Source: an uncultured Chloroflexia bacterium
GTDB lineage: Bacteria > Chloroflexota > Anaerolineae > Anaerolineales > UBA4823
Reading direction: 5' to 3'
Length of the DNA stretch: 64,000 nt
Assembly (NCBI GenBank): GCA_963793095.1
Contig: CAWBYY010000011.1
Location: forward strand, 277,034-341,033
Below, one piece after another: positions 20,146-31,058 of this stretch; the first letter of the stretch is position 1, and the number at the start of each line of letters is the position of its first letter. The translations under genes were made by a program, and so were the position numbers. Under the pieces are notes generated by a model. It saw nothing but the letters and a program-made list of their open reading frames with translations. It was not told the DNA's origin and searched no databases.

Positions 20146-23124
20146 ATGTCTGATAAAGTCATCCGGGTAGTGGGGGCACGCGAGCATAATTTAAAGAATA
20201 TTTCGGTCGAGATACCACGCGATAAGTTTGTGGTCATCACCGGGCTTTCCGGCTCCGGCAAGTCCTCCCTTGCGTTTGATACCATCTTTGCTGAGGGGCA
20301 ACGGCGCTATGTTGAGTCCTTATCGTCTTATGCCCGGCAGTTCCTCGGCCAGATGGAAAAGCCGGATGTGGATTATATTGATGGATTATCGCCGGCAGTC
20401 TCAATCGACCAGAAAGGCACATCTCACAACCCGCGCTCTACAGTCGGCACGGTTACGGAGGTTTATGATTACCTGCGGCTGCTCTACGCCCGAGCCGGCA
20501 TCCCTCACTGCCCTGACTGCGGAAGGGTTGTAACAAAACAATCAGCCCAGGAGATCGTAGACCGGATTGAAGCCCTTCCGGAGGGCGCCCGCCTGTTGAT
20601 TTTGTCCCCGCTGGTGCGCAGCCGTAAAGGCACCCACCAGTCCGTCCTGGAGGAGATCCAGAAAGCTGGTTTTGTGCGGGCCAGGGTGGATGGCAGGGTT
20701 TTTGAACTGGAAGAGGATATCCCGCTGGATCGCTACAAAAACCACACGGTTGAGGCTGTGGTTGACCGCCTGGTTATCCACACTGGTCCGCAGGATGAGG
20801 GGGATGCCAATTCCGCCCGCTCCCGGTTGACCGATTCGATTGAAACAGCCCTGAAATTTGGAGACGGGTATGTAACCATCCACTGGATGAACCCGCCTGT
20901 TGAAAAGGGACAGTTCAACGGGATGCCTGAAGAAGACGGCCAGGCACCGGAGAGAGATGAAACCCAGGGAAAAGACCTGCTGTTTTCAGAGCACCTCGCC
21001 TGCCCGGAGCACGGATCAATATTAACCGAGATCGAACCGCGCACATTCTCTTTCAATACCCCCCACGGCGCCTGTCCGGAGTGCCAGGGCTTGGGTGGGA
21101 TGCTTGAAATCGATCCCGATTTGTTGATCCCGGATAACAGCCTGTCATTTGCGGAAGGCGCGATTGCAGCCACAGAGTGGAGCGGGCCGCGTGAAGAAGG
21201 CGGTTATTACTGGCAGACATTAAACGCGATGGCTGACGAATACGGTATCGACCTAACAAGGCCGGTGCGGCATTTAAAAAATAATGAACTTGACCTGGTT
21301 CTTTACGGCACCAGAGGCAAGCGAATTACAGTCCATTACCGGAACCGGGAGGGGCGCCAGGCGACTTTTCAAACTACATTTGAAGGGGTGATCAGCAATC
21401 TCCAGCGCCGCTATAAGGAGACCAATTCCGAGTATATCCGTGAAAAGCTCTCTGAATTTATGAGCGAGCAGGTCTGTTCAGCTTGTAATGGCTCACGTCT
21501 GCGGAGGGAAGCCCTGTCGGTGACCATTGCAGACAGGAATATCATCGAAGTGACGCGCTGGCCTGTCCTGCGAACTCTGGACTGGGCTAAAAGCCTGAGC
21601 GGGGAAGATTCGCCCCTGAATAACCGCCAGCGCTTGATTGCAGAGCGGGTCTTGAAAGAGATCGTGGACAGGCTCGGGTTCCTGGTGGATGTAGGGTTGG
21701 ATTACCTAACCCTGGACCGCACTGCCGCTTCGCTTTCGGGAGGAGAGGCCCAGCGCATACGCCTGGCGACCCAGATTGGTTCGCGGCTGATGGGGGTATT
21801 GTATGTCCTGGATGAGCCATCCATTGGGCTGCACCCGCGCGATAACAACCGCTTGCTGCGTACCCTGGAGGGCTTGCGCGATCTGGGAAACACGGTCCTG
21901 GTGGTCGAACACGATACGGATACAATCAGGACCTCAGATTGGGTTATTGACCTGGGTCCCCGGGCCGGTGAGCACGGCGGAGAGGTGGTCTGTGAAGGTA
22001 AACTGGATGCAATCCTGGCCTGCGAAGAATCGCTGACCGGCGCATATCTGACCGGTAAATTGAAGGTTCCAATACCTTCAGAGCGGAGGGGCGGCAACGG
22101 AAACCACATCAGCATAATAGGGGCGCGCCAGAACAATTTAAAGAATATCGATGTTGAAATTCCACTCGCAAAGCTGGTCTGCATAACGGGGGTCTCCGGT
22201 TCTGGCAAATCCACCCTGATGGTTGAGATACTTTACAAAGCGCTGGCACGCGCTCTTAACCGGGCCAGAATCCAGCCCGGGGAACATGATTCAATTGAGG
22301 GATTGGAAAATCTGGATAAAGTGATCAATATTGACCAGACGCCGATTGGCCGTACGCCGCGCTCCAATCCCGGCACCTATACCGGTCTGTTTGACCATAT
22401 ACGCAGTTTGTTTGCGGAACTGCCAGAGAGCAAAATCAGGGGATATAAACCGGGCCGGTTTTCATTCAACGTGCACGGCGGGCGCTGCGAGGCCTGCCAG
22501 GGTCAGGGCCAACTGCGGATTGAGATGCAGTTCCTGCCGGATGTGTATGTCCCCTGCGATGTTTGCAAAAGGGCGCGCTTTAACCGTGAGACGCTGCAGG
22601 TCAGGTTTAAGGATTTTAATATCGCCGAGGTTCTTGATATGACCGTCGACAGGGCTCTGGAGGTGTTTGGGGCGTTTCCCAGGATGGTAAGCCGGCTGCA
22701 AACCCTGCAGGACGTTGGCCTCGGGTACATCCGGATCGGCCAACCCGCGCCGACATTATCCGGAGGCGAAGCCCAGCGGGTTAAACTTGCCCGCGAGCTC
22801 TCAAAACGGTCAACCGGCAGGACGCTTTATGTGCTTGACGAGCCATCAGTCGGCCTGCATGCCGCTGATGTGCATAAATTAATCGAGGTGCTGCAGCGAC
22901 TGGTTGAGGGCGGCAACACGGTTTTGATTATCGAGCACAATCTGGATATTATTAAGGTCGCCGATTACCTGATTGATCTTGGACCGGAGGGCGGCGACAG
23001 GGGCGGGGAGGTGGTGGTGCAGGGCACCCCGGAAGAGGTCTGTGAGCGGGACGATTCCTATACCGGTCAGCACCTGCGCCCGTTTATCTGCGATAGGGAT
23101 GTGGTTTTTAACCCGGCAAAGTAA
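20146..23124 (+). CDS. uvrA: Excinuclease ABC subunit A
   Basis: 992 aa. Two ABC ATPase modules ([18 protein letters not shown], two LSGGEAQR signatures) and zinc-finger Cys clusters. Confidence 0.97.
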   Translation: MSDKVIRVVGAREHNLKNISVEIPRDKFVVITGLSGSGKSSLAFDTIFAEGQRRYVESLSSYARQFLGQMEKPDVDYIDGLSPAVSIDQKGTSHNPRSTVGTVTEVYDYLRLLYARAGIPHCPDCGRVVTKQSAQEIVDRIEALPEGARLLILSPLVRSRKGTHQSVLEEIQKAGFVRARVDGRVFELEEDIPLDRYKNHTVEAVVDRLVIHTGPQDEGDANSARSRLTDSIETALKFGDGYVTIHWMNPPVEKGQFNGMPEEDGQAPERDETQGKDLLFSEHLACPEHGSILTEIEPRTFSFNTPHGACPECQGLGGMLEIDPDLLIPDNSLSFAEGAIAATEWSGPREEGGYYWQTLNAMADEYGIDLTRPVRHLKNNELDLVLYGTRGKRITVHYRNREGRQATFQTTFEGVISNLQRRYKETNSEYIREKLSEFMSEQVCSACNGSRLRREALSVTIADRNIIEVTRWPVLRTLDWAKSLSGEDSPLNNRQRLIAERVLKEIVDRLGFLVDVGLDYLTLDRTAASLSGGEAQRIRLATQIGSRLMGVLYVLDEPSIGLHPRDNNRLLRTLEGLRDLGNTVLVVEHDTDTIRTSDWVIDLGPRAGEHGGEVVCEGKLDAILACEESLTGAYLTGKLKVPIPSERRGGNGNHISIIGARQNNLKNIDVEIPLAKLVCITGVSGSGKSTLMVEILYKALARALNRARIQPGEHDSIEGLENLDKVINIDQTPIGRTPRSNPGTYTGLFDHIRSLFAELPESKIRGYKPGRFSFNVHGGRCEACQGQGQLRIEMQFLPDVYVPCDVCKRARFNRETLQVRFKDFNIAEVLDMTVDRALEVFGAFPRMVSRLQTLQDVGLGYIRIGQPAPTLSGGEAQRVKLARELSKRSTGRTLYVLDEPSVGLHAADVHKLIEVLQRLVEGGNTVLIIEHNLDIIKVADYLIDLGPEGGDRGGEVVVQGTPEEVCERDDSYTGQHLRPFICDRDVVFNPAK

Positions 23125-23147
23125 AAACCACCAGCCGGAACGTGTAA

Positions 23148-23930
23148 TTATTCCGGTTGTTTTAAGTTCCTCTGGCGAACAACCTCAAAGATGAGCACCG
23201 CAGCGGAAGAAGCCGCATTGAGCGATTCCATTTCCCCTGCCATGGGGATATGTACCCGCTCATGGGCGAGGTCGCGGGCTTCAGGGCTGGCTCCTTCAGC
23301 CTCTCCGCCGATGATTAAAGCCAGCGGAACCTGCAGGTTTAACCGGTAATAGGGGGTTCCTTTATGGGGTGAGGCAAGCAATAAACTGAGCCCGGAAATC
23401 TTCCGGGTTATTTCTCTCCATTTTAGGCTGGCGACTGGCAGGCGGAAATGCGCACCCATCCCGGCCCTGAGGACTTTTGGCGCATATGGGTCGGCTGTTC
23501 CCGGAGTGATAAAAACAGCCTGGCACCCAGCCGCTGCGGCGGTCCGCAGGATCGCGCCCAGGTTGCCGGGATCCCTGATAGAGTCCAGGACCAGGGCAAA
23601 GTCCAGTTTATCCGGCAGCGAAGGCGGTTCAATTGGCACTACGAGCAGCAAACCCTGGGGAGTCTGGGTGTCGCTGGCAGCCCGCATTACCCGGGGCGAG
23701 ACTGCCTCGATCTCCGTTCCCGTGCCGGCCAGCGCTTCCAGGGCTGATTCACCCCGGGGGCTGAGCTCTGGAGTGTGCAGCGCCAGCCGCGGTTGGATTC
23801 CGCAGGAGAGGGCTTCTTCCGCCATCCGAACCCCCTCCACAACACAGGCACAGGCTTCGCGGCGGAGGCGCCCGTCCGCCTGCAGCGACCGGACCCACTT
23901 TATCTTCTTATTCTGCAGGGAGGTGATCAT
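23148..23930 (-). CDS. TrmH/SpoU-family RNA 2'-O-methyltransferase
   Basis: SPOUT motifs GNLGAILRTAAAAG, IGGEAEG, IPMAGEMESLNAASSAAV. Confidence 0.85.
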   Translation of the reverse strand: MITSLQNKKIKWVRSLQADGRLRREACACVVEGVRMAEEALSCGIQPRLALHTPELSPRGESALEALAGTGTEIEAVSPRVMRAASDTQTPQGLLLVVPIEPPSLPDKLDFALVLDSIRDPGNLGAILRTAAAAGCQAVFITPGTADPYAPKVLRAGMGAHFRLPVASLKWREITRKISGLSLLLASPHKGTPYYRLNLQVPLALIIGGEAEGASPEARDLAHERVHIPMAGEMESLNAASSAAVLIFEVVRQRNLKQPE

Positions 23931-23947
23931 ATAAACCTGGGGTATTC

Positions 23948-24293
23948 CTATCCCATCGGGTAGCGCACCGGCTGACCGCCAATTAAATGCAGGTGCAGGT
24001 GGAATATGGTCTGGTTGGCATCCCGCCCGGTATTGATAATCAGGCGGTACCCTGAATTCGCTATGCCCTCTTTTGAGGCCAGCTGGCTGGCGACAAAAAT
24101 AAGGTGGCCGACCAGCCCTTCATCCCCGGGGGAGAATCTTATTAATCGATTCGATGTGTTTGTTCGGGACAACCAGAATATGGGTTGGGGCGACCGGGTG
24201 AATATCCCGGAATGCAGTCGTTTCCCCGTCCTGATATACAATTTGGCCCGTGAGTTCACCCGAGATGATTCTGCAGAAAGTGCATTTATTCAT
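23948..24293 (-). CDS. HIT-family (histidine triad) protein, one frame break
   Basis: ATG at 24293 gives MNKCTFCRIISGE..HILVVPNKHIESINKILP, then the frame shifts into ..GDEGLVGHL..HLHLHLIGG (track ORF 23948..24259). Removing one C/G from the C4G5 run at 24124-24132 restores ILPGDEGLV. Confidence 0.8.
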
Positions 24294-25662
24294 AACTCAA
24301 ACCCGGCCCTGGTTGGAACTTCGCGGGATCCGACTTTCGCCCATATCGATCTCCTGAGCCAGGCGCCGCCCATCCGGGTTCAATTACTCCGCTAATACCC
24401 TGCCCGTCCAGCCGCTGCAGCAGGACCGGGGTGATCTGGTTCGAGAGGTCTCCGGGTGCATGGCAGGTTACGCGCAGATAGTTATCGGTCAGCCCGGATA
24501 ACTTCCAGGTGTTCGGGCCGTTCTGGAGGGCGCTTTCCCATAGAACCGGCAGTGTGCTGCCCAGGAAATTGTGGCGGTAATCCGCGCTGGATTTTTCGAG
24601 CGCCTGGCGGATGCGGGCGTTTCTAATTTTGCGGGTTTGCAGGGGAACCTGCGCTGGCATGCTGGCTGCCGAGGTTCCGTCCCGGGCGGAGAAGGTGAAG
24701 ACATGGCCACCGGCGAACCCCATCTCTTCGATAAATTGAAGGCTTTCAATAAATTCGGCTTCGCTCTCACCCGGGAAACCGGCGATGATGTCAGTTGTAA
24801 CCGCGACTCCGGGGATCATTTCCCGGGCAGTTCGCACAAGGTGGGCGTATTCGCCCGGAGTGACACCGCGTGCCATGCGCCTGAGAACAGCCGCGCTGCC
24901 GGATTGAAGCGGGAGGTGGAGCTGGCGGCAAAGGCGCGGATTCTCCCACAGGCGGAAAAAATCTTCGTCCAGATGCCAGGGTTCGATCGAAGACAGCCGT
25001 ATTCTTTCAGCGCCAGCATCGTCCAGGACCGACCGCACCAGGTCGACCAGGTTCAGATCCGGAGCCAGATCCCTGCCCCAGGAGCCCATATGCACCCCGG
25101 TCAGCACAACCTCCTTTGCGGAGGAACCGCCCCGGGTACTGCAGGCAGCCTGTATGTCTGCGAGCACATCCGGGATTGGGCGGCTGCGCCCCCGGCCGCG
25201 TGCGATTGTTGTGATGCAGAAGGCGCAGCGGTTATCGCAGCCGTCCTGCACTTTTATAAAAGCGCGCGTCCGCAGGCGTTCTCCCGGGATAGGCTGGCGT
25301 TCGGTTGGTTCGAGATCAAAGGTTTCCTTCGGAAGGGAAAACATCTCTGGTACCAGATCATCTTTGCGGTTATTCGGGATAATCCGCTGGACACCGGGAA
25401 GACCAGCGGCGGATTCCGGGTTTAGGGTCGCCCAGCAGCCGGTCAGGGTGATTTCAGCGACCCCTTTGCGCCAGAGTTGGCGCACTTTCTGGCGCGAATC
25501 GGAGGCGGCAGCGGAAGTGACGCTGCAAGAATTTACTACCGCCAGGTCGGCCTCTTCGGGATTCCCAACCAGGGTATAGCCCAGCGAAACGAGCTGGCGT
25601 GCATATGCCTCAATTTCGGCCTGATTCAGCCGGCATCCGACCATGTCCAGAAAGATCTTCAT
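24286..25662 (-). CDS. mtaB: Radical-SAM methylthiotransferase, MiaB/MtaB family
   Basis: N-terminal UPF0004 Cys triad region, radical-SAM CDNRCAFC and a TRAM-like C-terminus. The stop overlaps the HIT start by 8 nt. Confidence 0.8.
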   Translation of the reverse strand: MKIFLDMVGCRLNQAEIEAYARQLVSLGYTLVGNPEEADLAVVNSCSVTSAAASDSRQKVRQLWRKGVAEITLTGCWATLNPESAAGLPGVQRIIPNNRKDDLVPEMFSLPKETFDLEPTERQPIPGERLRTRAFIKVQDGCDNRCAFCITTIARGRGRSRPIPDVLADIQAACSTRGGSSAKEVVLTGVHMGSWGRDLAPDLNLVDLVRSVLDDAGAERIRLSSIEPWHLDEDFFRLWENPRLCRQLHLPLQSGSAAVLRRMARGVTPGEYAHLVRTAREMIPGVAVTTDIIAGFPGESEAEFIESLQFIEEMGFAGGHVFTFSARDGTSAASMPAQVPLQTRKIRNARIRQALEKSSADYRHNFLGSTLPVLWESALQNGPNTWKLSGLTDNYLRVTCHAPGDLSNQITPVLLQRLDGQGISGVIEPGWAAPGSGDRYGRKSDPAKFQPGPGLSYE

Positions 25663-25737
25663 AAAATATTTGTATCCTGAGGCAAATTAGTAGCACCTCA
25701 ACCGTTTTTGAGGAGATTGGTTAACTGGTTCGCGGTA

Positions 25738-26406
25738 TTACGGCTGCCGGACGATAAAATTGTCAAAACGGATGTCGGTCCCCGGCTCGTTGTAAGTGCC
25801 GGCGATCAATCCAACATCGCCGGAGACCAGCTCGCTGTCGCTGACCTCACCAATTTTTACCCCGTTGACATACAGAGCCAGCCGGTCTCCAATACATTCA
25901 GCTCTGATCCTGTTGATGGCTGAACCCTTCTCGATATCCTCGCTGGGTAAAAGCGCATCCGTTCCGATCAGCTCGTAAAATTCCCCCTTGACCTTGCCGA
26001 TCCCGTAGTATCCGTCGCTGCTGATGATGAAGGTGTAAAAAGTGTCTTCGCTGGCTGCCCGGCAGATCACCCCAAAGCGGTTATCGCGGACCCCGCCAAC
26101 TTTAAACGCCTCCACTTCAATGACCGCATCTTCAAAGCTCTGACCGGGTTTAGACCAGATGTCGGTGTTGGATTCATTGACCAGAATCCGGTATACTCCA
26201 TCGTCATATTCCGTCGACCCGGTATCAGTTGAGACCTGGTTCCAGCCGCTGGATGGGTCACTGAAATCGTCCTGGAATAAAACCGCCCCGGTCTGAACCG
26301 GCTGTTCTTCCGGGATCAGGAATTTGCAGGAAAGGGTCGCCCCGGCTGAAGCAGCCAGAACAGCCAGGAGCGGGAAAAATTTGCGGAGGGTCAAAGCCAA
26401 ATTCAC
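25738..26406 (-). CDS. Secreted lipoprotein, concanavalin/LamG-like (DUF1080-like) domain
   Basis: Track ORF 25738..26475 overlaps the apgM stop. GTG at 26406 gives a signal peptide ending in the lipobox ATLSC. The start is uncertain. Confidence 0.5.
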   Translation of the reverse strand: MNLALTLRKFFPLLAVLAASAGATLSCKFLIPEEQPVQTGAVLFQDDFSDPSSGWNQVSTDTGSTEYDDGVYRILVNESNTDIWSKPGQSFEDAVIEVEAFKVGGVRDNRFGVICRAASEDTFYTFIISSDGYYGIGKVKGEFYELIGTDALLPSEDIEKGSAINRIRAECIGDRLALYVNGVKIGEVSDSELVSGDVGLIAGTYNEPGTDIRFDNFIVRQP

Positions 26407-26413
26407 TTTTAAT

Positions 26414-27622
26414 TTACGCTCCGAATTTTCCGAGGCGTTTGGCATGAGCCAGGGCGAGCGGCATAATGTCAACATGCCGGATCAAACCAAGGCTGCCGGT
26501 CGCACAGTTGGTCTCTCCAAATGGCATAGATTTGCCATAGCGGGCCCATTCCGCCCAGATTAAAACCGGCACCCGGTGCCAGCTGTGGCGCTTCATCAGG
26601 GATGGAGTTGAATGGTCTCCGGTGATGGCTATCACATCCGGTTTCAGTTCAAGCAGCCCGGGCAGGGCCTGGTCCACCTCTTCAATTACCCCGACTTTAG
26701 CGTCAAAATTCCCGTCCTCGCCGTAACTATCGGTCTTTTTGACATGAACGAAGAAGAAGTCGTAATCGTCCCAGTTTTCTTTAACCACTTCAAATTCCTG
26801 GGCAGGCGTTTCCGCATCGTGCTGGATAACGTCCATGCCTACCAGTCTTGACACGCCTTTATACATCGGGTAAACCGCAACAGCGGCTGATTTAATCCTG
26901 TATACCTCCGGGAAGCGCGGCAGACCGGGGTCCTTGGCATAGCCACGCAGGGTGCAGCTGTTTGCGGGTGGGTGGTCGGCGAGCAACCGGTTGGCTTCAT
27001 CCCACCACTGGCGCAGGATGGAGGCTGTTTTTTCTGCCGCAGGGTCTGCAGCCTCAATCGGGCGGGGCGGAACGCCGGTCATCTGGGGATCGGTCTCCCT
27101 TATCCGGGGATCCAGGCCTTCAGCGCGCAGGATCAGGGCGAAGCGGTACTCTTTTACCGGTTCCACAAAAATCTCAACACCGGGTATTTCAATCGTGCGC
27201 AGAATTTCCACCCGTTTTACACATTCTTCGGTGGGTATCCTGCCGGCGCGGCGGTCGCTGATGTTCCCGTCTGCATCCAGGGTGCAAAAATTACAGCGAA
27301 TTGCCAGGTCCTGCGGTTGGAGATTAAATCCGATTCCGAGCGCTTCGAGAACCCCCCGGCCAATGGTGTACTGGAGCGGTTCGTAGCCAAACAGGGCCAG
27401 ATGCCCGGGACCGCTGCCGGGGCTGAACCCGGGAGCGACAACTTCACTCAATCCCATCGACCCGCGCTGGCTGAGAGCATCCATATTGGGCGTGCGGGCA
27501 GCTTCCAGTTCGGTTAATCCGCCCGGTTCCAGCGGAACACCTCCCAGCCCGTCCATTAACAGCAGGACAATCTTTGAGCCGTTATCGACGGCCATCTCGT
27601 TGATCATCTGAAATTTATCCAT
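26414..27622 (-). CDS. apgM: Cofactor-independent phosphoglycerate mutase, archaeal-type (ApgM)
   Basis: 402 aa of the alkaline-phosphatase superfamily: LLLMDGLGG, TGDHSTP, FFVHVKKTDSYGEDG. Confidence 0.8.
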   Translation of the reverse strand: MDKFQMINEMAVDNGSKIVLLLMDGLGGVPLEPGGLTELEAARTPNMDALSQRGSMGLSEVVAPGFSPGSGPGHLALFGYEPLQYTIGRGVLEALGIGFNLQPQDLAIRCNFCTLDADGNISDRRAGRIPTEECVKRVEILRTIEIPGVEIFVEPVKEYRFALILRAEGLDPRIRETDPQMTGVPPRPIEAADPAAEKTASILRQWWDEANRLLADHPPANSCTLRGYAKDPGLPRFPEVYRIKSAAVAVYPMYKGVSRLVGMDVIQHDAETPAQEFEVVKENWDDYDFFFVHVKKTDSYGEDGNFDAKVGVIEEVDQALPGLLELKPDVIAITGDHSTPSLMKRHSWHRVPVLIWAEWARYGKSMPFGETNCATGSLGLIRHVDIMPLALAHAKRLGKFGA

Positions 27623-27713
27623 ATTGTTTTTACCTTCCGGTTTTGAAATCGCCTTATTATAGCTTTTATCCGAATAGTTACCAAATTTGATTTTACCAGC
27701 CGGAAAGGATTTA

Positions 27714-27742
27714 TTGCCTTGAACCTTTTCCGGGGCTATAAT
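27714..27742 (+). promoter_or_regulatory. Candidate sigma70-type promoter for the acd-etfBA operon
   Basis: TTGCCT, a 17-nt spacer, then TATAAT (27737-27742), 36 nt upstream of the ATG at 27778. Overlapped by the inverted repeat 27700-27708 / 27724-27733. Confidence 0.5.
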
Positions 27743-27777
27743 TACAGTTCTTAAGCCAACTACAGGAGTTAAAGAAT

Positions 27778-28992
27778 ATGGATTTTACTCTGAGTGAAGA
27801 GCATCGCATGGTGCAGAAAATGGTGCGCGATTTTGCCCAGAAGGAGGTCGCGCCGGTAATCAAAGAACACGACCGCGCCCAGGAGATGGCCCAGTTCATC
27901 CTGCCGCGTATGGGAGAACTTGGCATTCTGGGCATTTGCATTCCAGTCCGTTACGGCGGCCAGGGGATGGATTATATCTCCCTGGGAGTCGCCTGCGAAG
28001 AGCTGGAAGCGGTCGATTCGACCCTGCGGGTGGTGATGTCGGTTCACATGGGATTAAACAGCATGGGTCTGTTGCAGTGGGGCACGGAAGAGCAGAAACA
28101 GCGTTTTCTCGCCCCGCTGGCACGCGGCGATAAAATCGGCTGTTTTGGGCTGACTGAGCCGGGAGCGGGTTCGGATGTCGCCGGGATAACAAGCACAGCC
28201 CGTCTGGAGGGAGAGGATTATGTGATCAACGGGGAGAAAATGTGGATTTCGCTGGCTACCAAGGCTGACTACTGCCTGTGGGTGGCGCGGACAGACAGCA
28301 AGGTTGATGACCCGCATGATGGATTGAGCGCTTTTCTGGTTGAGCTTGACCGTCCGGGAATAACAACCGGTGATATAAAAGGCAAGCTGGGCGTGAGAGC
28401 AGGGTCCACCGGGTGGATCGCAGCCCAGGATGTCCGGATTCCCCTCGGGAACCGGATCGGACTTGAGGGCGATGGTTTCAGAATAGCTATGTCCTGCCTT
28501 GATAACGGGCGCTACACAGTCGCGGCTGGCGCTACCGGTCTTATCCGGGCCTGCCTTGAGGCAAGTGTTAAATACGCCAATGAGAGGCGCGCATTCGGGC
28601 GCGAAATCGGTAAGTTTCAGCTTATCCAGCAAAAAATCGCCGGAATGGTACAATCCTACGAGGCAGCCAGATTGCTGTACCTGCAGGCTGGCTGGATGAA
28701 AAACCAGGGTTTGCGAAATACACGCGAGACCTCGCTCGCGAAGTGGTTTGCGACTGAAAAGTCCTTCGAAGCGGCCTCCGAGGCGATCCAGGTCCATGGA
28801 GCGTACGGTTTCAGCGATGAGTATGATGTTGAACGTTACCTGCGTAATTCCAAGGGTGCGGTTATTTACGAGGGCTCGAATGAGATCCACCAGTTAATCC
28901 AGGCTGGCTTTGCCCTCGGATACCGCGATGATGCCCCTCTGAAAAGTGAACTCCCCCAGTATGACCCTTCATACTGGCAGGATAACGGTTAA
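27778..28992 (+). CDS. Acyl-CoA dehydrogenase (short/medium-chain type)
   Basis: 404 aa: GLTEPGAGSD, KMWISLA, YEGSNEIHQL. Confidence 0.9.
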   Translation: MDFTLSEEHRMVQKMVRDFAQKEVAPVIKEHDRAQEMAQFILPRMGELGILGICIPVRYGGQGMDYISLGVACEELEAVDSTLRVVMSVHMGLNSMGLLQWGTEEQKQRFLAPLARGDKIGCFGLTEPGAGSDVAGITSTARLEGEDYVINGEKMWISLATKADYCLWVARTDSKVDDPHDGLSAFLVELDRPGITTGDIKGKLGVRAGSTGWIAAQDVRIPLGNRIGLEGDGFRIAMSCLDNGRYTVAAGATGLIRACLEASVKYANERRAFGREIGKFQLIQQKIAGMVQSYEAARLLYLQAGWMKNQGLRNTRETSLAKWFATEKSFEAASEAIQVHGAYGFSDEYDVERYLRNSKGAVIYEGSNEIHQLIQAGFALGYRDDAPLKSELPQYDPSYWQDNG

Positions 28993-29035
28993 TTTGACAC
29001 CAAAATCTTCAGACAATAAACTACAGGAGGTTAAA

Positions 29036-29815
29036 TTGAACATCGTAGTATGCATTAAACAGGTGCCTGACAGCGCTGCAAAGGTTGTAGCGGAAGGCGG
29101 TAAGGCAAACTGGGGGGAGGCGCCTCTGGTGATGAACCCCTGGGATGAGTACGCCGTTGAGACCGCCCTGTTGCAGCAGGAACAGCACGGAGGCCAGGTT
29201 ACCGCAGTCAGCGTGGGAGGCCCGGCAGCGACGGAGGCGTTAAAATCTGCGCTGGCGATGGGCTGCAGCCAGGCTTATCTGGTGTCGGACCCGGCATTGT
29301 CATCCGCGGACAGCCAGGCGATCGCCCATGTACTTGCTGGGGCGATCCGAAAGATCGCTGAGGTTGACCTGGCGGTGTTTGGCAAACAGGCGATTGACAG
29401 TGATATGGGCGTCACGGCTCCCCAGACCGCCCGGGTGCTGGGCTGGCCAGTGATTTCCCTGGTATCGGCGGTTAGAGAAATTGATACCGGAAAAGGGAAC
29501 ATCGTGGTTGAGCGCTCGGTTGAGGATGGCCGCCAGATTGTGGAAGGCAGGCTGCCGGTTGTGATCACTGTATCCAAAGACATCGCCGAGCCGCGCTACC
29601 CATCATTTATGGGCATCCGGAAAGCCGCCAAGGCCGAGATCCCGGTCTGGACGCTGGCAGACCTGGAAGTTGCGACCCCAACCCCGGTTGTACACTGGCC
29701 GGAAGTTGAGAACCCGCCTTCGCAGGCCATTTCAACTGAAATGATATCGGGTGAGGATCCGCAGGAGATCGCTGATACGCTGGTTGACAGAATTCTAAAT
29801 GAGAAGGTGTTCTAA
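29036..29815 (+). CDS. etfB: Electron transfer flavoprotein beta subunit
   Basis: TTG at 29036 preceded by AGGAGG gives NIVVCIKQVPD.., a typical EtfB N-terminus. In frame with track ORF 28946..29815. Confidence 0.9.
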   Translation: MNIVVCIKQVPDSAAKVVAEGGKANWGEAPLVMNPWDEYAVETALLQQEQHGGQVTAVSVGGPAATEALKSALAMGCSQAYLVSDPALSSADSQAIAHVLAGAIRKIAEVDLAVFGKQAIDSDMGVTAPQTARVLGWPVISLVSAVREIDTGKGNIVVERSVEDGRQIVEGRLPVVITVSKDIAEPRYPSFMGIRKAAKAEIPVWTLADLEVATPTPVVHWPEVENPPSQAISTEMISGEDPQEIADTLVDRILNEKVF

Positions 29816-30855
29816 TGAGCGGCAAAATACTTGTTTTTATTGATCAGAGCAAAGGGCAGGCGATCCCGGCTTCCTGGGAATTGATAGGCGCAGCGAAGGT
29901 GCTTGAAGAAAGTTTTTCCGGAGGGATCGCTGCGGTTGTCGCCGGTGAAAATTCGAAAGAAGTGGCAAAGTCTGCCTTCAAGTACGGCGCGGGTGAAGTC
30001 TATTACTGTGATGACCCTGCTCTGACTGAATACCGCCCGGAACCGTATACAGACCTGGTTGTAAAAGCGGCAAGGGAACTGGAGCCGGAGTTGATCCTGT
30101 TTCCAACAACCACACGCGGCCGCGAGCTGGCTGCAATGGCCGCGCTTGACCTGAAGAGCGGGATTATGCCGGATGTGATAAAACTGGAAATTCAGGATGG
30201 GAGGCTGATCGCCACCAGACCTGTGTATGCCGGCAAGCTGCTGGCGAAGACCTACTGTGATTCGAGCCCGCAGATTATCAGCGCACGCTCGCGAGCTTTT
30301 ACAGCGCCAGAAATGGATGATTCTAAGGATGGAGAGCCCGTACGGGTTGCAATTGAATACTCGGAAGATAATATCCGCACAAAAGTTACCGGTTACAGCC
30401 AGGCTGAGGCGGGTGTAAGCCTTATGGATGCGAACGTTATCGTCTCCGGCGGGCGCGGGGTTTCCAATAATCCCTCGTTGTCGCCTCCCGGGGAAATGGA
30501 TGACAAACAGGCTGAAATCTGGCGCGCCCAGCAGGGATTTGCCATGCTTGAAGAGTTGGCAAAAGTGCTGGGAGGCGCGCTGGGTGCAAGCCGGGCGGCG
30601 GTGGATGCAGGATATATTCCCTATGAACACCAGGTTGGACAAACCGGAAAGGTGGTGTCACCGGATCTGTATATCGCCTGCGGGATTTCTGGGGCGATCC
30701 AGCACCAGGCCGGGATGCGCACAAGCAAGATGATCGTAGCGATCAACAAAGACCCGGACGCCCCCATATTCAAACTGGCCCGGTTTGGCGTGGTCGGGGA
30801 TATTCATGAAATTGTACCGGCGTTAACCGAATCCTTCCGGAAAAAATTGGCTTAA
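29815..30855 (+). CDS. etfA: Electron transfer flavoprotein alpha subunit
   Basis: 346 aa with the FAD-binding C-terminal region (GQTGKVVSPDLYIACGISGAIQH). The start overlaps the etfB stop (TAATG). Confidence 0.9.
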   Translation: MSGKILVFIDQSKGQAIPASWELIGAAKVLEESFSGGIAAVVAGENSKEVAKSAFKYGAGEVYYCDDPALTEYRPEPYTDLVVKAARELEPELILFPTTTRGRELAAMAALDLKSGIMPDVIKLEIQDGRLIATRPVYAGKLLAKTYCDSSPQIISARSRAFTAPEMDDSKDGEPVRVAIEYSEDNIRTKVTGYSQAEAGVSLMDANVIVSGGRGVSNNPSLSPPGEMDDKQAEIWRAQQGFAMLEELAKVLGGALGASRAAVDAGYIPYEHQVGQTGKVVSPDLYIACGISGAIQHQAGMRTSKMIVAINKDPDAPIFKLARFGVVGDIHEIVPALTESFRKKLA

Positions 30856-30885
30856 TTCCCCCGATTTTTAAGAAATATTTTTATT

Positions 30886-30913
30886 ACTCGCCGCTGATTA
30901 ACCAGCGGCGAGT
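30886..30913 (+). terminator. Possible terminator after etfA
   Basis: 10-bp GC-rich stem CUCGCCGCUG/CAGCGGCGAG with a 6-nt loop. The 3' U tract is weak. Confidence 0.45.
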
Positions 30914-31058
30914 TCAGTCATATGTCCTGTTTCATATTAAAAGCTTGATAAATTACTTACAGCGAGTGATTTTTGTCCAGTCGATCAGGAAGATTGCCAC
31001 ATGGTCGATTCAGGCCTGTTCGGTACAATTTTTATTATCCGCAACAGGAATTTCTGAA

